DNA of 64,000 bases from Nymphaea colorata (GCF_008831285.2 NC_045138.2:20770001-20834000); one strand, 5' to 3'. Shown: positions 1 through 14,527, counted from the stretch's first letter. Made by a program: numbers and translations. The notes: a model not told the origin generated them from the sequence alone.

Positions 1-224
1 CATTCATTCATTTATATGGAAAGGTATTCGTGATTCCACTTTATCAGTCCCAAGGCACCTTCTTAATAAAGATAGGCATACATGACAGGAAAAAAGGAGA
101 TGGACTTGAGTAATTTCTTTAGTAGGTCATGAGGACATATGTGAAGCTGTGTGATATATTTATGCATTATGTAATCCAGGAATACACCTGTTAACTTCCA
201 TTAGGAATCTATTTATTTTCAGAA

Positions 225-600
225 AGTATTGTTTTTGGTGTTTTTTTGCAGAAAGATTTTTTTTCTTGGGTATTCATCAAAAAAAAGAAAAAGGAAAAAT
301 CACGGGAATCCAAATTTTAGAGAAAATACATAAACATACTAGAAAACTTACCAAATTATGGGTTTTTTACTAATTTTCTTACAACAACACTAATAGACAT
401 TAAAAATAGTTATTAAAATGCTAAAAATAAAAAAGTAAAATATATTAAAAATAGGTTTTGGAAACTATCTCATTGCAATATCTTTATGATACTTTCTCTT
501 GTGATATTTTCAAAAAATCATGATACATTTCCATTTTCTCATTTGATTTTTTTGGGGCAATATTATTAAAAAATTATGAAAATATTGCCAATGTTTGTGA
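225..600. repeat. Dispersed AT-rich repeat with an inverted homolog at about 63290-63670
   Basis: TTTTTCTTGGGTA and TTTTCAAAAAATCATGATACATTTCC match the reverse complements of TACCCAAGAAAAA and GGAAAATATCACGATATTTTGAAAA near the right end. A further partial copy lies at about 45010-45180. Boundaries are approximate. Confidence 0.5.
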
Positions 601-839
601 TGATGGATATATGAAACTATTTTCCACAAACCAGAAGTGCTGTGGTGTATTTAGCCAACATGAGAGTTATATGCATGTATATTGATATTAAGGTAATTTT
701 TGTTTTGTTGGGGCAAAGAAACAAGTGCTGTCATTAAGTTGGATACAAAGACAGCAATGTCACATGGGTGTGGACACGGATGTAGATATGGGTCCGAAGC
801 AATGCCAAAAAACTTGGGTGTACGACATAACTATATATA

Positions 840-1166
840 TGTAACACCTCAAAAATTTAGTCCCGTATTGAAGATTGTGAGGGATCTTCAAGGGCTTATA
901 AAGGAGGTTATTAAATAGATGGTTGTCCTGGTTCCTAGTCCCACACGTGCAGACGTGTGTGCCTTAAGGGAGGTGGATTGTAACACCTCAAAAATTTAGT
1001 CCCGCATTGAAGATTGTGAGGGATCTTCAAAGGCTTATAAAGAGAGTTATTAAATAGATGGTTGTCCTGGTTCTTAGCCTTTTTGGAGACTGAAGCCGAA
1101 ACTACTAGGGGGCAGGTTGGGATCCGCCAAACTAGGGGTCCGAGCCTAGAAGTGGGTTGGGTTGTT

Positions 1167-1169
<3 letters not shown>
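840..1169 (+). mobile_element. TRIM (terminal-repeat retrotransposon in miniature), internally deleted copy inside the MLO intron
   Basis: Direct repeats start TGTAACACC at 840 and 979. The complete 3' LTR (979-1169) ends GTTACA and is preceded by the polypurine tract AAGGGAGGTGGA. The 5' LTR is truncated near 935 and the PBS is lost. ATATA flanks both sides (possible TSD within a TA tract). Homologous to 33777-34174. Confidence 0.8.

Positions 1170-1253
<84 letters not shown>
1170..1253. repeat. Compound microsatellite (TA)n(TG)n
   Basis: Direct reading; abuts the TRIM 3' LTR. Confidence 0.97.
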
Positions 1254-2922
1254 AAAAGCAAAAATTTAAGCAAGCAACAACATATCCATTAATAATAAGA
1301 AAATACCAAAAAAAGAACAATAAAAAGTATAAACAATCATTTCGTTGTGTCCAGGCTGCGTCATGTAGTTGCACCTGTATCCAGCCATGTTAACGCTGGT
1401 GCTGCACCCTCCTAGGCAAGTTCTCCTGCATAGGAGGATAGGGATTTTTGCAACTCCCAAAAGCCAAGCTCTAGATTTTGCTCCAAATACAAAAATGTGA
1501 TGTGAAAATGGAAACTTTAATACCTGATAAAATTTAGGGCTTTGAAATAGCCAATGCACTAAAATCACCACATCTTCTAGCAGATCTTTAGTGGAGCAGC
1601 TCACATACATGCAAATTATTTTATTCTATTTAGCATGAGATTTGGAGGACATGGAAGCTGATTTACTAAATTGAGTCCAGGAAATAAGAAGCAAAAAGTT
1701 TCCTTTTTTATGAGTATAAATAGTACATAAAGACTTTGAGTACTAAATTTCTAGGTCCACTACTGTTCAGAGAGCCAATGCTTTAGCAAGTTAGAGTACA
1801 ACAAAAAAGGGAAGTCTTGCACGTTCTGAATATGTCTACAGACTATAGACCTAGTCAAATTCTTTTACAGGGCTATCTTGTGTATATAATGTTATTGAAT
1901 AATCTGAGTTAAATACATCAGTATGCAAAAGATTCCTCAATAGAGGGCATGAAACATTAATATTTTCTTGTGCCACATAAACCATCCAGTTGCTGATGAA
2001 GAAGCCTAGAAACTAGAACTGCCCTTCTTGTCAGCCTAGTCAACTTGTCGGCCCTAGTTGGTAGCCAGCTAACTACTCCATAGGCCATGGCCACATAGTT
2101 GGCAGGGCCATGGGCCATGAACTGTTAGACCAGTCCCTAGTCAGCGAACAACTACAATGTTCTTGGTTGAGTTATACATTCGGTTGGGTTTTCTTTTCCT
2201 TCTTGTTAGGAAGATAAATTTCCTTTTGTAGAAGGTTTTACATATCTATGTATGTGTTTTTGTTTTTTCTTCTGTGTGCATATGTGTTTCAACATGTACA
2301 TCTTATATGCAAGTTTTTTGGCATATCTGTTTATCTAGTTATGTATATGTGTTCCTGTATATCTGGTTTGTTTCTATATCTTTTTTGTTGACTTTATTTT
2401 GGTTGAGAGACTTAAACCAGCTCAGGCCAACTAGTGCCATTTTGTCTTTTTAGGGCTCTGACTGACCTCAGTTTGACTTTAGATCTTGACAACTTAGAGG
2501 ACTGCATAGGGGCCTAACTATTGCTCAGTATCTGGTTGCAGGATCCTAGTGCACCTAGTGCTTGGTAAACCCTTTCTTAATTGAGGAACATTAGGTTTCC
2601 CATTTTTTCTTGTCAAACTTTCTTTCAGTGTTTAATACATCATATTTCATAACATTCTTCCAGTTGATTTTAGTATATACAATTTTCAATTGATTTTAAC
2701 TTTGAAAATGTTTCAATTTTTTTTTCTTAACTTCTTTGAACATTCATTGGGCTAACTGGTTGAACATATGCTTGGTGCCTATGCAGTAATGGCCAGATTT
2801 AATAAAATAAGCATAAAGATGTTGTTTCATATAAGCCACTCTATGCATAAAACAGATAAGCAATCTTTTTTGCAAGAGGATATGAACTTTTTAAGCTGAG
2901 TAATTATTGCATAAGTACTCAC

Positions 2923-5376
2923 AGTGAGAAACCCCAAACGAAGTGCCATATAATCTGACCTTTGTACAGAGTCTTTAAATTGGCGAAAGAAACAAAGCTG
3001 CAAATGAAGGAAACATTAGAAACATAAATCAGAAACTAGCCAACAGCAACAATTAGTGTAACATGCTTAGAAGAGTTTAGCCAGGATTGATGAAAAGGAA
3101 AACAAAAAAAAAAGGATATTTAGGAAGCCAATGAAAGCAGAACTCAAATTCATCCAATATAAAACTAGTTATACCACGAACCATTTTAACTGGATTAACA
3201 GACCCAACTCACTGTCCTAATTGTCATATGTTGTTCAGAATGAAAAAGTATGCTATTGCGTTGCTTAGATTTGTATAGGCCTAGATTTCAGCTTCAGTTT
3301 GTACCTGAAAAATCTAAGCCAGAACCAAACTTGAATGGCTTGTTGCTTGGTTGCTCGAGTACACACTGATTTATCAGACAGATGAGCGGCCGACGGATGC
3401 ACTTAAGGGACTGCTAGTATAGATTTCAAGTTTAAAACTTAAAAGTACATGCTCTGTTTAGTTTGATATTTCTTAATAATATCGGGACACATTTATTCTT
3501 GAGCATCTGAGATTCCATACAAAGGCACTCACTAGAAGATCCAACATATATTCAAAATTTTAACTGGATTTCACAAATTTAGGAAACTAATATCCGTTTC
3601 TAAGGTTGCTTTCTTGTAAGCTACCAATTTAGCAGGCATTTGTTTGAATGTAGATTAATACCTCAAAATCAAATTTGCTTTCTTCTAAATCTTGTCATGT
3701 TATTTCTGACACTCAACCAATTTTAACCAGGCAAATGTACACATCAACTCACACAGAAATACACCTCATCTCTGATTTGAGGTTTCTCAGGCACAAAATG
3801 ACAAACATCTAAATATACAAGGAGAATAGACATGAACCTACATGCAGGCATGTGTAAGCAGACAGTCTTTTTTATCTGTTCTTAGTCAAGTAATATGTTC
3901 TAGTTCATCTTTATGTTCACCATTCCCTCATTATTTGTCTGCCATTCGAGCATCCTAAGCCATAAGATACTATCAGTTGAAAATGCAGATGCAACGAAAA
4001 GAACTTAACAAAATCATTTAAAAAAAAAGGGTGAAAACTATGTTTGGTTGACTTTTGAATAGGAGAAGCTCTTCCATTTACAAAGGTATATAAGTGGCCT
4101 GGGCTACCTAGCTGCCTATCAACTGTGTAAGTGCGAAGGAACTAAGACCCTTTTTTATATCTCTGGTCTTTTATCTAGAAAACATTACAATATGTGAGTT
4201 AGAAACTTAAAATTGTGCTAATTATAGTTTTTCAACTTTAAAATTAAATTTAATATTTCAACTTTATTTTTTTAACTTATTTTGGATCTTAACTCAGTTG
4301 CCGCTAGTCTTCAGTGCCCTCAACTACTCAGTGTGTCAGTTAGCTTCATTCCTTGGTTAAAAACTTAAAATATCCTACTAAAAACTTCTCAAAGCATGAT
4401 GGTACATCTGTCGACTTGAGTACTTAGTTTGTTATGAAGCATGCCAATAACTGGGACATCAAAGAAAAAAACATGCATTCTCCTTAATTACCATCCAAAT
4501 AAGAATCTTGTTCTTGCTCCATGGGTGTGATGCATGATGAAAAACAAAAGTTGACTGCCGTTTGATTTCTTTCTTTCTTTTCCCTGCAGAAAAGCGAAGG
4601 AAACTAAATTAAAATGTAAGCTGCCAGAGACAAATAATTTGAAGTAACTAAACTGTTCTACAGATATTAACAAATATAGATATTAACAAATTAAGGCCAA
4701 GGGTAATTTTCACTGTTTGCTGTAAAGAACTTTGTAGTTCCTTCTTCCAAACATACGACTGAACAAGTTGCCAAAACTAGCTACGGTTTTGACCTTAAGT
4801 TCTTAAGATGCATCTGCAGTTAGGAGAAGGAAATAGCGTTCACATGTGGATTACAAGATGGCAATGACAGATTGTCTTGTGAACAAGTGTCAATAATTTG
4901 GCACTTTCACCTTTATAAACAGATCAAAACTTTCATTGAGAAAAATGTTTCTCCCATTGATGCCATGCACTTCCCCCATCGAAAGCAGACTATAGTTTCA
5001 CCTTTTGACAAAGGTCGTACTCTGCCCCTGTAACACTGGTAAAAAAATTTGGAAACCAATTCCTAGACCTAGAATGTACAAGATATGATTCTGATAGAAG
5101 CTCCTATTGTATACTTCAGTGTTCAACTATCTCACAAGGATATAGGAACTTTAATTCATAAATCTAACTTTAAAAGATTGCTGTTGCTCCTGTCAGATGT
5201 CTACTGGCACTATAACCAGAGTTGGTTATCACACACACACCCACATAGTATGTGGACTGTGGAGCATGTTTTTGTGTCATCAATCTGCAAAGATGCCAAC
5301 AAGGTAGTGGCAACAAGTTGACAACAAAAATTTTACCGAACTATTGAAAACAAGCTCTAAGAAATTCCCTGCAACC

Positions 5377-5408
<32 letters not shown>

Positions 5409-6464
5409 CCACCAACTAACTGCATATTATTTATAAACTAGTTCTTTAGCCTTGTAGAGAAACGTAGAACTGCCGACTTTAAAACAAATTAGCATTTAGG
5501 TTTGGCGTGCACTTACCATGCAAACTCTCACTGATTACCGCATTTGCTTGTGCTTCCCACGCCCTCCAGCTATAAATCTACAAATTGCAATAATCAACTA
5601 ATTAGGCAAGATGGTGAACGGTTAAAGATAGAGGAAGCTCTAAATGTTAACACGAGGAATCTCAGGGAATTATTTACGCATGACAAAGCACCTTAATCAT
5701 AGCCAGGACAACTGTAAAGCAGCTGTAGAGTACATGAGTGACTCCAAGAAGGAACAGGAAACGGTGAAGCTGCTCTAGACTTTCATACGAAACAAATGGC
5801 TCATGGCCCTGCGTATAAAGCATGATATGAAAGAAGAGAATTCAAGGGTAAGCTCTTCAGTTATTCCACTCTATCCTAAAAGCATAAAAACCCATTTAAC
5901 CAAGGCTTCTCCACCTCGGAACAGTGATTAGAAGACACACTGAACTTCTCCAACGGCATAGCTGTTTGATTGATATAAGTGAGAATAGTTAGCCTCTCAG
6001 TGTCATCCCTCGTACACGGATAGAACCGACTGCTGAAAAGAGACGACTTCACACATATTTCGGAGATCCACCTTGCCCATTGTCCCAACATCAGTGATAT
6101 AAGTCCCAGCAGCATAAGCTCTTCAGCAAAGAATATTAGACGTCAATATGCAGTCGGGAAAAAAAGTAGGACAGAACTGTATACATAACTGGAAGAAATC
6201 AACAGAGTATGTTCACCTTCCTTGATCTTATCCAAAGAGGCCAAGAGCGCCTTCCTCTTTGTCTTCTTCAACCACTGGAAACATTACAAAATCGAAACTG
6301 AAATCCCAAACATTCTCCACAAATCATAACACCTTCTACTGGTTCCATACCTTTCCAAAACGATAGATTGATCGTTCAACGATGAAACAGACAGCAACCA
6401 TTACAGTGGTGACAGTAGCAACGGACCACGTCGGCGTCTCGGCAAGTGATCTTCCCTCTGCCAT
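2923..6464 (-). CDS. MLO4: MLO-like seven-transmembrane protein (MLO4-like), 5' part only; the remaining exons appear to lie beyond the left edge of the window
   Basis: Hand-spliced GT-AG exons (minus): 6464-6351 [38 protein letters not shown]; 6274-6217 [19 protein letters not shown]; 6120-5915 [36 protein letters not shown]...; 5808-5692 [39 protein letters not shown]; 5577-5517 IYSWRAWE...; 4583-4492 [24 protein letters not shown]; 2997-2923 [25 protein letters not shown]. Phases are consistent (723 nt, 241 codons). The motifs are hallmark MLO and closest to Arabidopsis MLO4 as I recall it. No further exon found in 1-2922. Confidence 0.93.
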
Positions 6465-8221
6465 TTCCTAGGTCGTTGCTTCTCACACCGAACACTTGCA
6501 AATCCGAAACCAGGTCTAAACCGAAAGCACTTTCTCTCATCAATCAATTCATGTGCCTCATTTTTTCTTTCAGCTAAACAAGCAAAACCAACATCGAAGA
6601 TCCCAACAACCAGACCAAGAATCGCTTCAAACAAACCGCTTCTCTTGCATCACAAACGAAACCTACCAACGTGCAGCACTCACGCTCAGCTTCATATTTT
6701 ATGGTTTTTTTCTGCCTGTGCATCTTCATCACCTTCCTAGTCCACCTTCTCAGCCAGCCCATGTCTGTCCACATCGAAACCACTGCAGTTTTTGTCATTT
6801 CCTCCAAATTTTTTTAATGGGAGCCCGAAAATACTCCCAGCAATGCACAATCACTGACATTATAACAGCAATGAAGGATGGGGTCCTACACCAGCGGGTG
6901 TCCTTTGCCTCCCTAATTCAAATAATAACCATTTCTCATTCCATAACAAAGAAAAACACAATATAGAAAAGGAAAAGAAAAAACTTCAGGTGGATCTACC
7001 ATGTGGAGGGCCACCTGGGTAGCGATTAACGGCCAGTTTCTTGTCATCAAGCTCTCTAAAATATAGTAACACCAGCAGACATGGACAGGTTTGGACCAAC
7101 TATACGTAAGCAAGAAAGGTGGTCTTCTGATCTACTCAACCCGTCTTCCACTTTTATTGTTAAGAGTCAGAACCCAGAGAAGCCACGTTCTGACCGAAAG
7201 ATTCGTTGTGTATTTGACAAAGACAGACCGGGAAAGTGGGTAAAAGATCACATTCCTACCCTTTTTATGGGATTGATTTTTGAATCCTTTCCCTGCTGGT
7301 TTTATGTGGGGAAGAAGCTTCCTGCCTTCTCTTTCTTCTCTGCTGCCATTTTTTTTCTATGGAAGACAGCTGTGCCACTGTCACTTGGTTCGGAGGCAAC
7401 TACGAGGCCAGCTTTCCATGAGGAGTCTCGAGAAAACTGATGAGCCGACGTGACAGGCAAGATTCCAATGCTTGCTCGGCTTCCCTTTTTCAGTAAAAAA
7501 ATTCAGATGGGGAGAAAAATGAGGAACTTCCGCCAACAAAGAACAGATTTTTCTCACATCTTAAAGAAAAATTGTGCAGTTGGATAGTGTCGTGCCAAAA
7601 CGACAATGGCTTGTTGGATTTTATGTTGTTCCTCAAAGAATATTGTTACTGAATGTTCTCTTAGTTGCTGTGGTGTGTCCTTATGCTAAAAAACCAATGC
7701 CAAATTTGATAAATTCACCACAGTTCAATCATACTTTCAATAGTTTTTTTTTCTCTTCCAGGTCATGTTTTTGATAAATTTTCAAACAAAAGTCATGGTC
7801 TTAATTCATTTATACTCTCAATATCTGTCAGCCTGGGTTTATTCATGCAGCTAAAAGTATTTAAACTATATTGTGCGAGCTAGTTGGAGGACTTTTCTCC
7901 ATTTTTGAAAGCAGCAATGGAGTAAGTTCCCTCAGCTCGCTCTCGTTATTAATGGGGATGACTTTTGGCTGAAACACACAGTATCAGCCCCTCACCAACA
8001 GTAAATGCGGAGCCCTCAGAAAAAAACTCCAGATGCTCAATTTCAATCTTGGCTCGTCGATTCAGTCATCCTGTTTCAACTATTTGTATAATAAAGCAAC
8101 AATTGCAATATATATATATACATGTTGATCGTGGTTAATGTGCTGGTGCAAAGATTCAATGCATGAATCTCGTGAGAAATAATATAAATGTTGAAATTAG
8201 GCATTGTTTGGAAACGCGACG

Positions 8222-8222
<1 letters not shown>

Positions 8223-8255
<33 letters not shown>
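8223..8255. repeat. (TA)n microsatellite
   Basis: Direct reading. Confidence 0.95.
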
Positions 8256-8257
<2 letters not shown>

Positions 8258-8959
8258 GATTGTGCTGTGGAGAGTCTGGTAGTAAGGACGAACGTGTGGC
8301 TCACTTTAAACAATAAGCTTATAAGGTACAAATTGTATGGTTATCGGTAATTTAAGTTGGGGTGACTTCGACTATTTTTTTTTTTAAATGCCATAATTAA
8401 ATAGGCACATTTTAAGTTCACTAGCTCTTTGCACATCACTTTTGGTTTGCTGGTCGGTATGGCACTTTGGCCAATACGCATTGCTCTTTATCCTTTTTTT
8501 TTCTTTTATTTAAAAATAGTCAATAAATATTTTAAAGTGTAATAGAATAGAATAAATTTAAGCCTGTATCAATCAGCATAGTTTCATTTTGTAGTCAATA
8601 CAATGCATATTACCAAGAGCACAACTATATTCAATTGATATTCATGATCAGTATTTTACTAAACATATGGAATTTATTTATCAACTTAAAGCCCAAAACG
8701 CTGTTAATTTTTTTCAGTCCAATGAAATCTCAAATGTATACCTGCAAAGCCAATTTTTCCAGTGGTTATTATGAATTTCCCTTTTCCAATAATAAAATAA
8801 AAAGTTTTCACTAGCGCTAGCTCGTCATCTCATAATTCATTATGACAAGATAATCAAAAGAACCCACCCCACCAAGATATATATATATATATATATGCAA
8901 AAAGGTAAATAGTAAACTATTTAGGTAAAGGATGAAAAATAGACCCATTAAAATTATTT

Positions 8960-9140
8960 ATTGAAATGCTTTTTGCAATCCAACCTTATAAATGTGATAT
9001 TAAGAGTCATTAGACGAGGAACATGTATTGCGTTAGTCATTTTTTGTATATTAATAATAGATTTTTAATATTAGGAAATGAACGGTTATAACATCAAATT
9101 TTGATAGTAAAAAAAATCAAAATTTCAAAAAAAACTTTCA
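8960..9140. repeat. Dispersed AT-rich repeat family (also about 19020-19190 on + and 13340-13560 on -)
   Basis: Shared core TTATAACATCAAA.TTT.....GTA.AAAAATCAA and an upstream AATC.AACC.TA.A.ATGTGAT.TTAAGA. Boundaries are approximate. Confidence 0.5.
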
Positions 9141-12045
9141 ACAAATTAATGCATGAAATGTACAGTACATGACAACTTGTAGTATATTGTTAACCATCCA
9201 TAAGTTAAAACCAATACTGTTTGGCTGGTGCCAATTAATATTTGATGTAGACCTAACTTTTCCTGCCCAAGAATGAAGGACTAGTTGCAATCAGCGGGAG
9301 TAAATTTCATGTGGTCTCTATATTTGAAAATGACAACAATGATTGTTATGCTTTTTACTCCTTATCCTGGTTGTGCATAAGAAACAGCTCCAATCTTTTT
9401 TGTTTTATCTTTTTCTTTGTGCATTTTTTAATGTTTAACAAGCGTAAAATAATATTAAATATCAATTAATTGTCAGGGAAAAAAATTAAATTAAAAAAAT
9501 TGAAGATTCTGAACATGACTTCCCAGTCAAAGAAAGGTCAGTGTTTAAAAGATCGTGACATGACATCTTGACCAGTTCTTTCAATCACATCAACTTAGGA
9601 TATATATGACAGCTTACGAACAACGAGCTTAATAAACACTTTTGGGACATTACAGAAAAAAAAATACTACAAATTCTACTACACACCATGAAACTACCCA
9701 AAAATAAACTTACTGCAATAAATGCTGGCCCCTTTACATTTGTCATTTTCCGGCAAGACCATGCGTTCATGCTTTCAAGGATCTTAAGTGTTGGATGAAC
9801 TTGAAGTTATGAAACTTCTTTCAACTCGCTGTCCTACTTGCTATTGTTTACAATTGAGAGGAATAATATACCAAAGCATGATCATGAGATTCAAACATAA
9901 GACTTATTAAATATAAGCTAGCTGCCTTGTTGCCCCAGTTGTGTTATGCTCCTCAGGGCAAATACCCATACGTTCATCAAGCTATTTTTTGCCAAGAAAA
10001 CCAGTTATTGTTTTTGCAAAATGATTTATCTTGACAGGAAAATTGTGACATTAATCCATTTCCCTCTCTTTTCTTCCTCATCTCTGCTTCCTTGTGGGCA
10101 CTCATGGAGATGATGATTTCTTATGAAAATTTTTTGGTTCACAATGTTGGTTTGTTTAAAAACAAGATGAGTAAGTCCTATTTTACTGCCAATTTCTGTG
10201 TGACAAGTACGGGTTTTCTTTCAACTTTGAGAGTGTAGCCACGAAATTGTGGTAGGGTGGGCAGGTGACCAAGTATCTCAGCCTGTCCATCACTCAATTT
10301 TACTTGGGTGTCTTTTTTAGTTTTATTAGGCTCCCATGTAACCCATGTGAGCGAGGTTTGACCTATCGCTTGAAGAAAAGCTGAAGCCCCCATCTAACCC
10401 TTCATCCCTTAGGGTCCAGAGTCTGCTTTGGTGCCTGGAGCTGCCGTCTTCACCGTGCTTCAACTTATGTGTTGATGACCCATCATTTGCAGCACGGTGA
10501 ATAAGTACTCCAAAAATTCGAAACATTGATTGGTTGGATCCCATTGTACCAACCCTTTTGTAATCTTATATTACACATGTTAAAACGGCTAATATAAATG
10601 AGAGATAGAGAGAGATGAGTGACACCCACTCTTGTCGGTATGGGGTAATGCACATGGAGAGAGAGAAGGGTGAAGCCCACTGTTGTCGGTATGGTTATAG
10701 GTAGACATACCTTTTGACATTGATTAATAGTTCATATTGCTCCGTTCATTAGTTTCCTAAAATAAATTAAAATTATTTAAGAACAGAATATACCCTTTTT
10801 CATGCAACCATATCAGCGCAATACAGTACCAATTCAACATTGATTTGATATATATATATATGATATATATATATATATATATAAAAGGTCCGTCCTATCA
10901 TGGCTGCTTTGATAATATATCGGACATCAAGTAGTGTGTTGTTGTGAGTAAGATTTCTCGTCTAAACTTGGACAAAGAACTATACATACACAAGCTTATA
11001 AGCTTATATGACAAGCCAAGACTCCTATTCTAGAGAGAAAATTGAGGTTTTTATTAACGTGAAAAACACTTTAAAAGATTTTCGTGCATACCCTTATAAA
11101 AAAAAATTAAAATGCTGAAAACATGCCTCAATGAGCATAACACCATCGGGCGGCAAGATAGCTCATATTTAAGGGGTTTGAGGTTTGAATCTTATGGTTA
11201 CTGTCACACTTCATTGTGTTATATTTCTAAGCTACAAATGATAGCAAGTGTGACACGGGAAATATGTACCATATATCTATCCAAGCCGGAATCAAACTAG
11301 GACCTTGAATATATAAGGATATGACCCAGGAGTTTTACATAAAAGAGGCAGTTGTCCTTAAATAGACGTTAAAAAATTACTGAAAAAAATATTTGAAGTT
11401 CTGCTAATTTAGTTTGGTTTTCAAAACCTTGAAGAAGTATTCTTGAGCTGTTTATGAATTCATGCCCCAAGTTTGTAACGCAGTTTCTTTATCTTTGGGA
11501 AGGAATGATCTTGAAGGAAGCTAGAAAAGACCACTAAATTAAATCAACGAACTGGACATCAATAATAACACAAACTTCAATAATTTTTTGTCAGATCGCA
11601 TGCAATCCATCAATGTCCTGAAGCGATAAGACATTTCTATAGAAAAATTAACAAAATGTGAGGCCTTACATACACTCAGTGATCCATAACGTAAAGATAA
11701 GGAAGAAACACATGGTTGGTGCTTGTTGAAAGCACATAGACCCTGACAATTAAATACCATCAAATTTATGAGTAAGGCCCATGTGCACGTGATTATGTTT
11801 CTCGCTTCCTCTATTTAATTGGGCACCGCATTAGTTTCACATTCCTTTTTTATAAAACCAAGAAAGAAAAGAAGAATGTAAACTCATCAAATTTTAAGAA
11901 ACTGCGTAAGAGAGGAAGAGAGGAGAGGTTTGTATGCCTTTTAATTTTATGTGAGCCAGAGGGTTCTACCACTCCGGCGAGAGCCGAAACTCCGTTCCTT
12001 TCCCTTGCTCTTAAGGCCTAGATTACTGCAACAGTATCAACAGTG

Positions 12046-12180
12046 ATATTTACATGTAAATTTTAGAAAATTTTACTTGTTTTATATAAAAATTTTAAAA
12101 AATGATATTTCTGCCTTATTCAAAATTTAAAAACTTTAATTCGTCCTCTTTAAAATGAAAAATTTCTGGCTCCGCCCCTG
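12046..12180 (-). mobile_element. Truncated copy of the same hAT-type MITE family
   Basis: The reverse complement matches about 62357-62483 (TTTACATGTA, ACTTGTTTTATATAAAAATTTTAAAAAATGATATTTC) and the segment ends in the TIR CTGGCTCCGCCCCTG. The other terminus is missing. Confidence 0.8.
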
Positions 12181-14303
12181 TTCCCAAGTCGTCCCATTTG
12201 CACTGTGCTCCTTGGCGCTGCTTGCATTTTAATTATAGCTCAGCCAACCAATAACAGCATGTTTGCACGAACATGGGCTTGTGGAAACGAAGAAGGCATG
12301 TTCAGGCTTCGTAATTCATTTTATCAGTAGCTTGATCATTGCTTGTTCGTGTTGGTCATGAGCTGGACATTCTCGCTTAAGTCACAAAAGATTGCTTGTT
12401 AATTTGCGATTAAATTGAGCTTATTGGCATATTAATGAATAGAATCGAGTTGATCTTGACGTGTACATAAACAATATGTAAAACTTGAGCAATGAGTTGC
12501 TCGGTTCAATTAATCCTACACCTACAGGAGAGGGATCAAGTGGGTGGCTTGCACAGCTGCTGATGTTTTTCTTTACTAATTGGTATGTTTATGGCAGATG
12601 CACATGATATATTATATTTTATATATATATATATATATAACGAGAATTGTCTAGAGCATCCACTTTAAGGAGATTAACTTTGAAAAAATAGAAACCTAGA
12701 TATATCTTCAAGAAACCAAAATATTCTTAAAAGGAGGGCAAAGGATTTTCAATAAAGAAACTAATTTGTTTCTTCCTTTGAAGTTATATGCATAAGCCTG
12801 TGCACATGTCATGCACCAAGGGCTTTGCATGGTGCATCCAGATGCACATAACCACTTCTTATTTTGATCTCTTGAAAATATAACTGTTTTTCGCCATTTT
12901 CCTTCAACTTAATCTCCTAATTCATTCAGTTTTTCATCGGCATGTAACAATTTTCTTGAAAAATCTTTACTTAATCATTTAGTTTTTTATAAGTTAAGAT
13001 GGTTACTTGTTTTAAGTATTTGAGTTCATAAAATCTTCTAAATCTCAGCTGTTACCCTCTTCTCTTTTTTGGTGAAAAATGAAAAAACCCAACTCTTCTC
13101 CTAATAGATAACAAATAGGGCATGTACACCCCTATGCATGTCACAGTGTATGTAATGACCAAACTACCCTTAATAAAGTGAGAAAAGAAGTTTTTAAAAA
13201 GACAAAAAGAGGTTTGTAAAAAAGCAAAAGGCTAAAAAGTACACTTCATTATAAATTCTAAAATACCCAACCCTCTCTCCTTTTTCGAGGTGTGTATATT
13301 TGTTGCGTGCACTTGATTTCAGTAATTCTATTTCACAGTGGTAAAAAATTATCAAATTATGTTTTAATTCAAGTTATTTTTGTAGAAAAATTTAATTTTT
13401 CTACTATCATAAATTTGATGCTGTAAGTGACGTTCATTTTTTGATCACTAAAAAACATTATCTAAGTAAAAAAATGTGACTAACTTAGTAAATGTTTTTC
13501 ATCAAATTACTCTTAAAATCACATCTATAAGATTATATTACAAAAAAGTCAAAACCTTTAATAATTATTTTTTAGTAGATCTGGTTTTCATCCCTTATCA
13601 AATTGGTCTGGTATTTAATAATTTCTCTTCCTTAACATTTATTAACATCTATTGTTATCCACCAAACCCTAATTTGACCTAAAAAAAGAGAGAGAAACTA
13701 AATGTGGGCTGGCCAATAAATTTACTTTATATCTGTTGTGGCAGCTTGGTGATGGAAGTACCAAATCACACTGGCAGAGAGAAATTTTTTGTATGAAAGA
13801 CCACTATTAATATATATTTTAAACTTGAAGGGACACTTATATACAAATAAATAAAATTGATTAAGATTTTGATTCATAAATAAAGCCATTTCCACGTATC
13901 AATCACCCACATTGTCTCGGCCACTGCCAGTCGGTGACTGGCAGATCACCTCAGGCCGGCGGATTTAGATATTTGACTAAATGTAGATCTGTTGAACATG
14001 TCAAATGCCCAAGAACAGCTGACGGTTCGACCGAAAGTTGAGGTAAGGTCTCACTGGATCCTGACAGCAACATAACATTATTGCATACCGTGTGCACGTG
14101 GAGGGAGAGAGAATGGTGGCAGAAATCATGGAAGAGGGGCGGTGGGGGGAGTTTATATAAAATAATTCTGTGACATTTAATAAGGTCAGCTCGTCTAGAA
14201 GGACTAACCAGCTAAGAATAGGCTGCATGGGGGTTTGCCCGGCCCCTGCAAAGTCATAAAGATTTGAATTATGCATGTAGATGAGATTTATGTGGTCTAT
14301 TCG

Positions 14304-14304
<1 letters not shown>

Positions 14305-14368
<64 letters not shown>
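14305..14368. repeat. Compound microsatellite (TA)n(GA)n
   Basis: Direct reading. Confidence 0.97.
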
Positions 14369-14371
<3 letters not shown>

Positions 14372-14513
14372 TCAAAATAACTTAGTTTATAAAGATTTTG
14401 AGAGTCCGTTACGGTCTCAGCTGTTAACTAACAATTTGCAACTGAAATCAGAAAACGTGATTAGGTTTATTAATATTCCGAACTGTGAAGAAAGAGCCCT
14501 GTAGACCGGAGTA

Positions 14514-14527
14514 CTTCTTCTTCTTCT

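Noticed and set aside
840..1169. Cassandra-type TRIM or 5S rRNA
   Set aside because: No 5S rRNA A/C-box similarity is visible in the LTR.
935..1374. ORFs with YIYIYI/HTHT runs (also 14271-14504, 33598-33884, 51552-51953)
   Set aside because: They are translations of (TA)n/(TG)n/(GA)n microsatellites, not proteins.
1..2922. Next MLO exon (expected HNLP..YNFH.YM.R.MEDEF-like)
   Set aside because: Not found by eye; the LED-containing frame near 1570 does not match, so the gene probably continues past the window edge.
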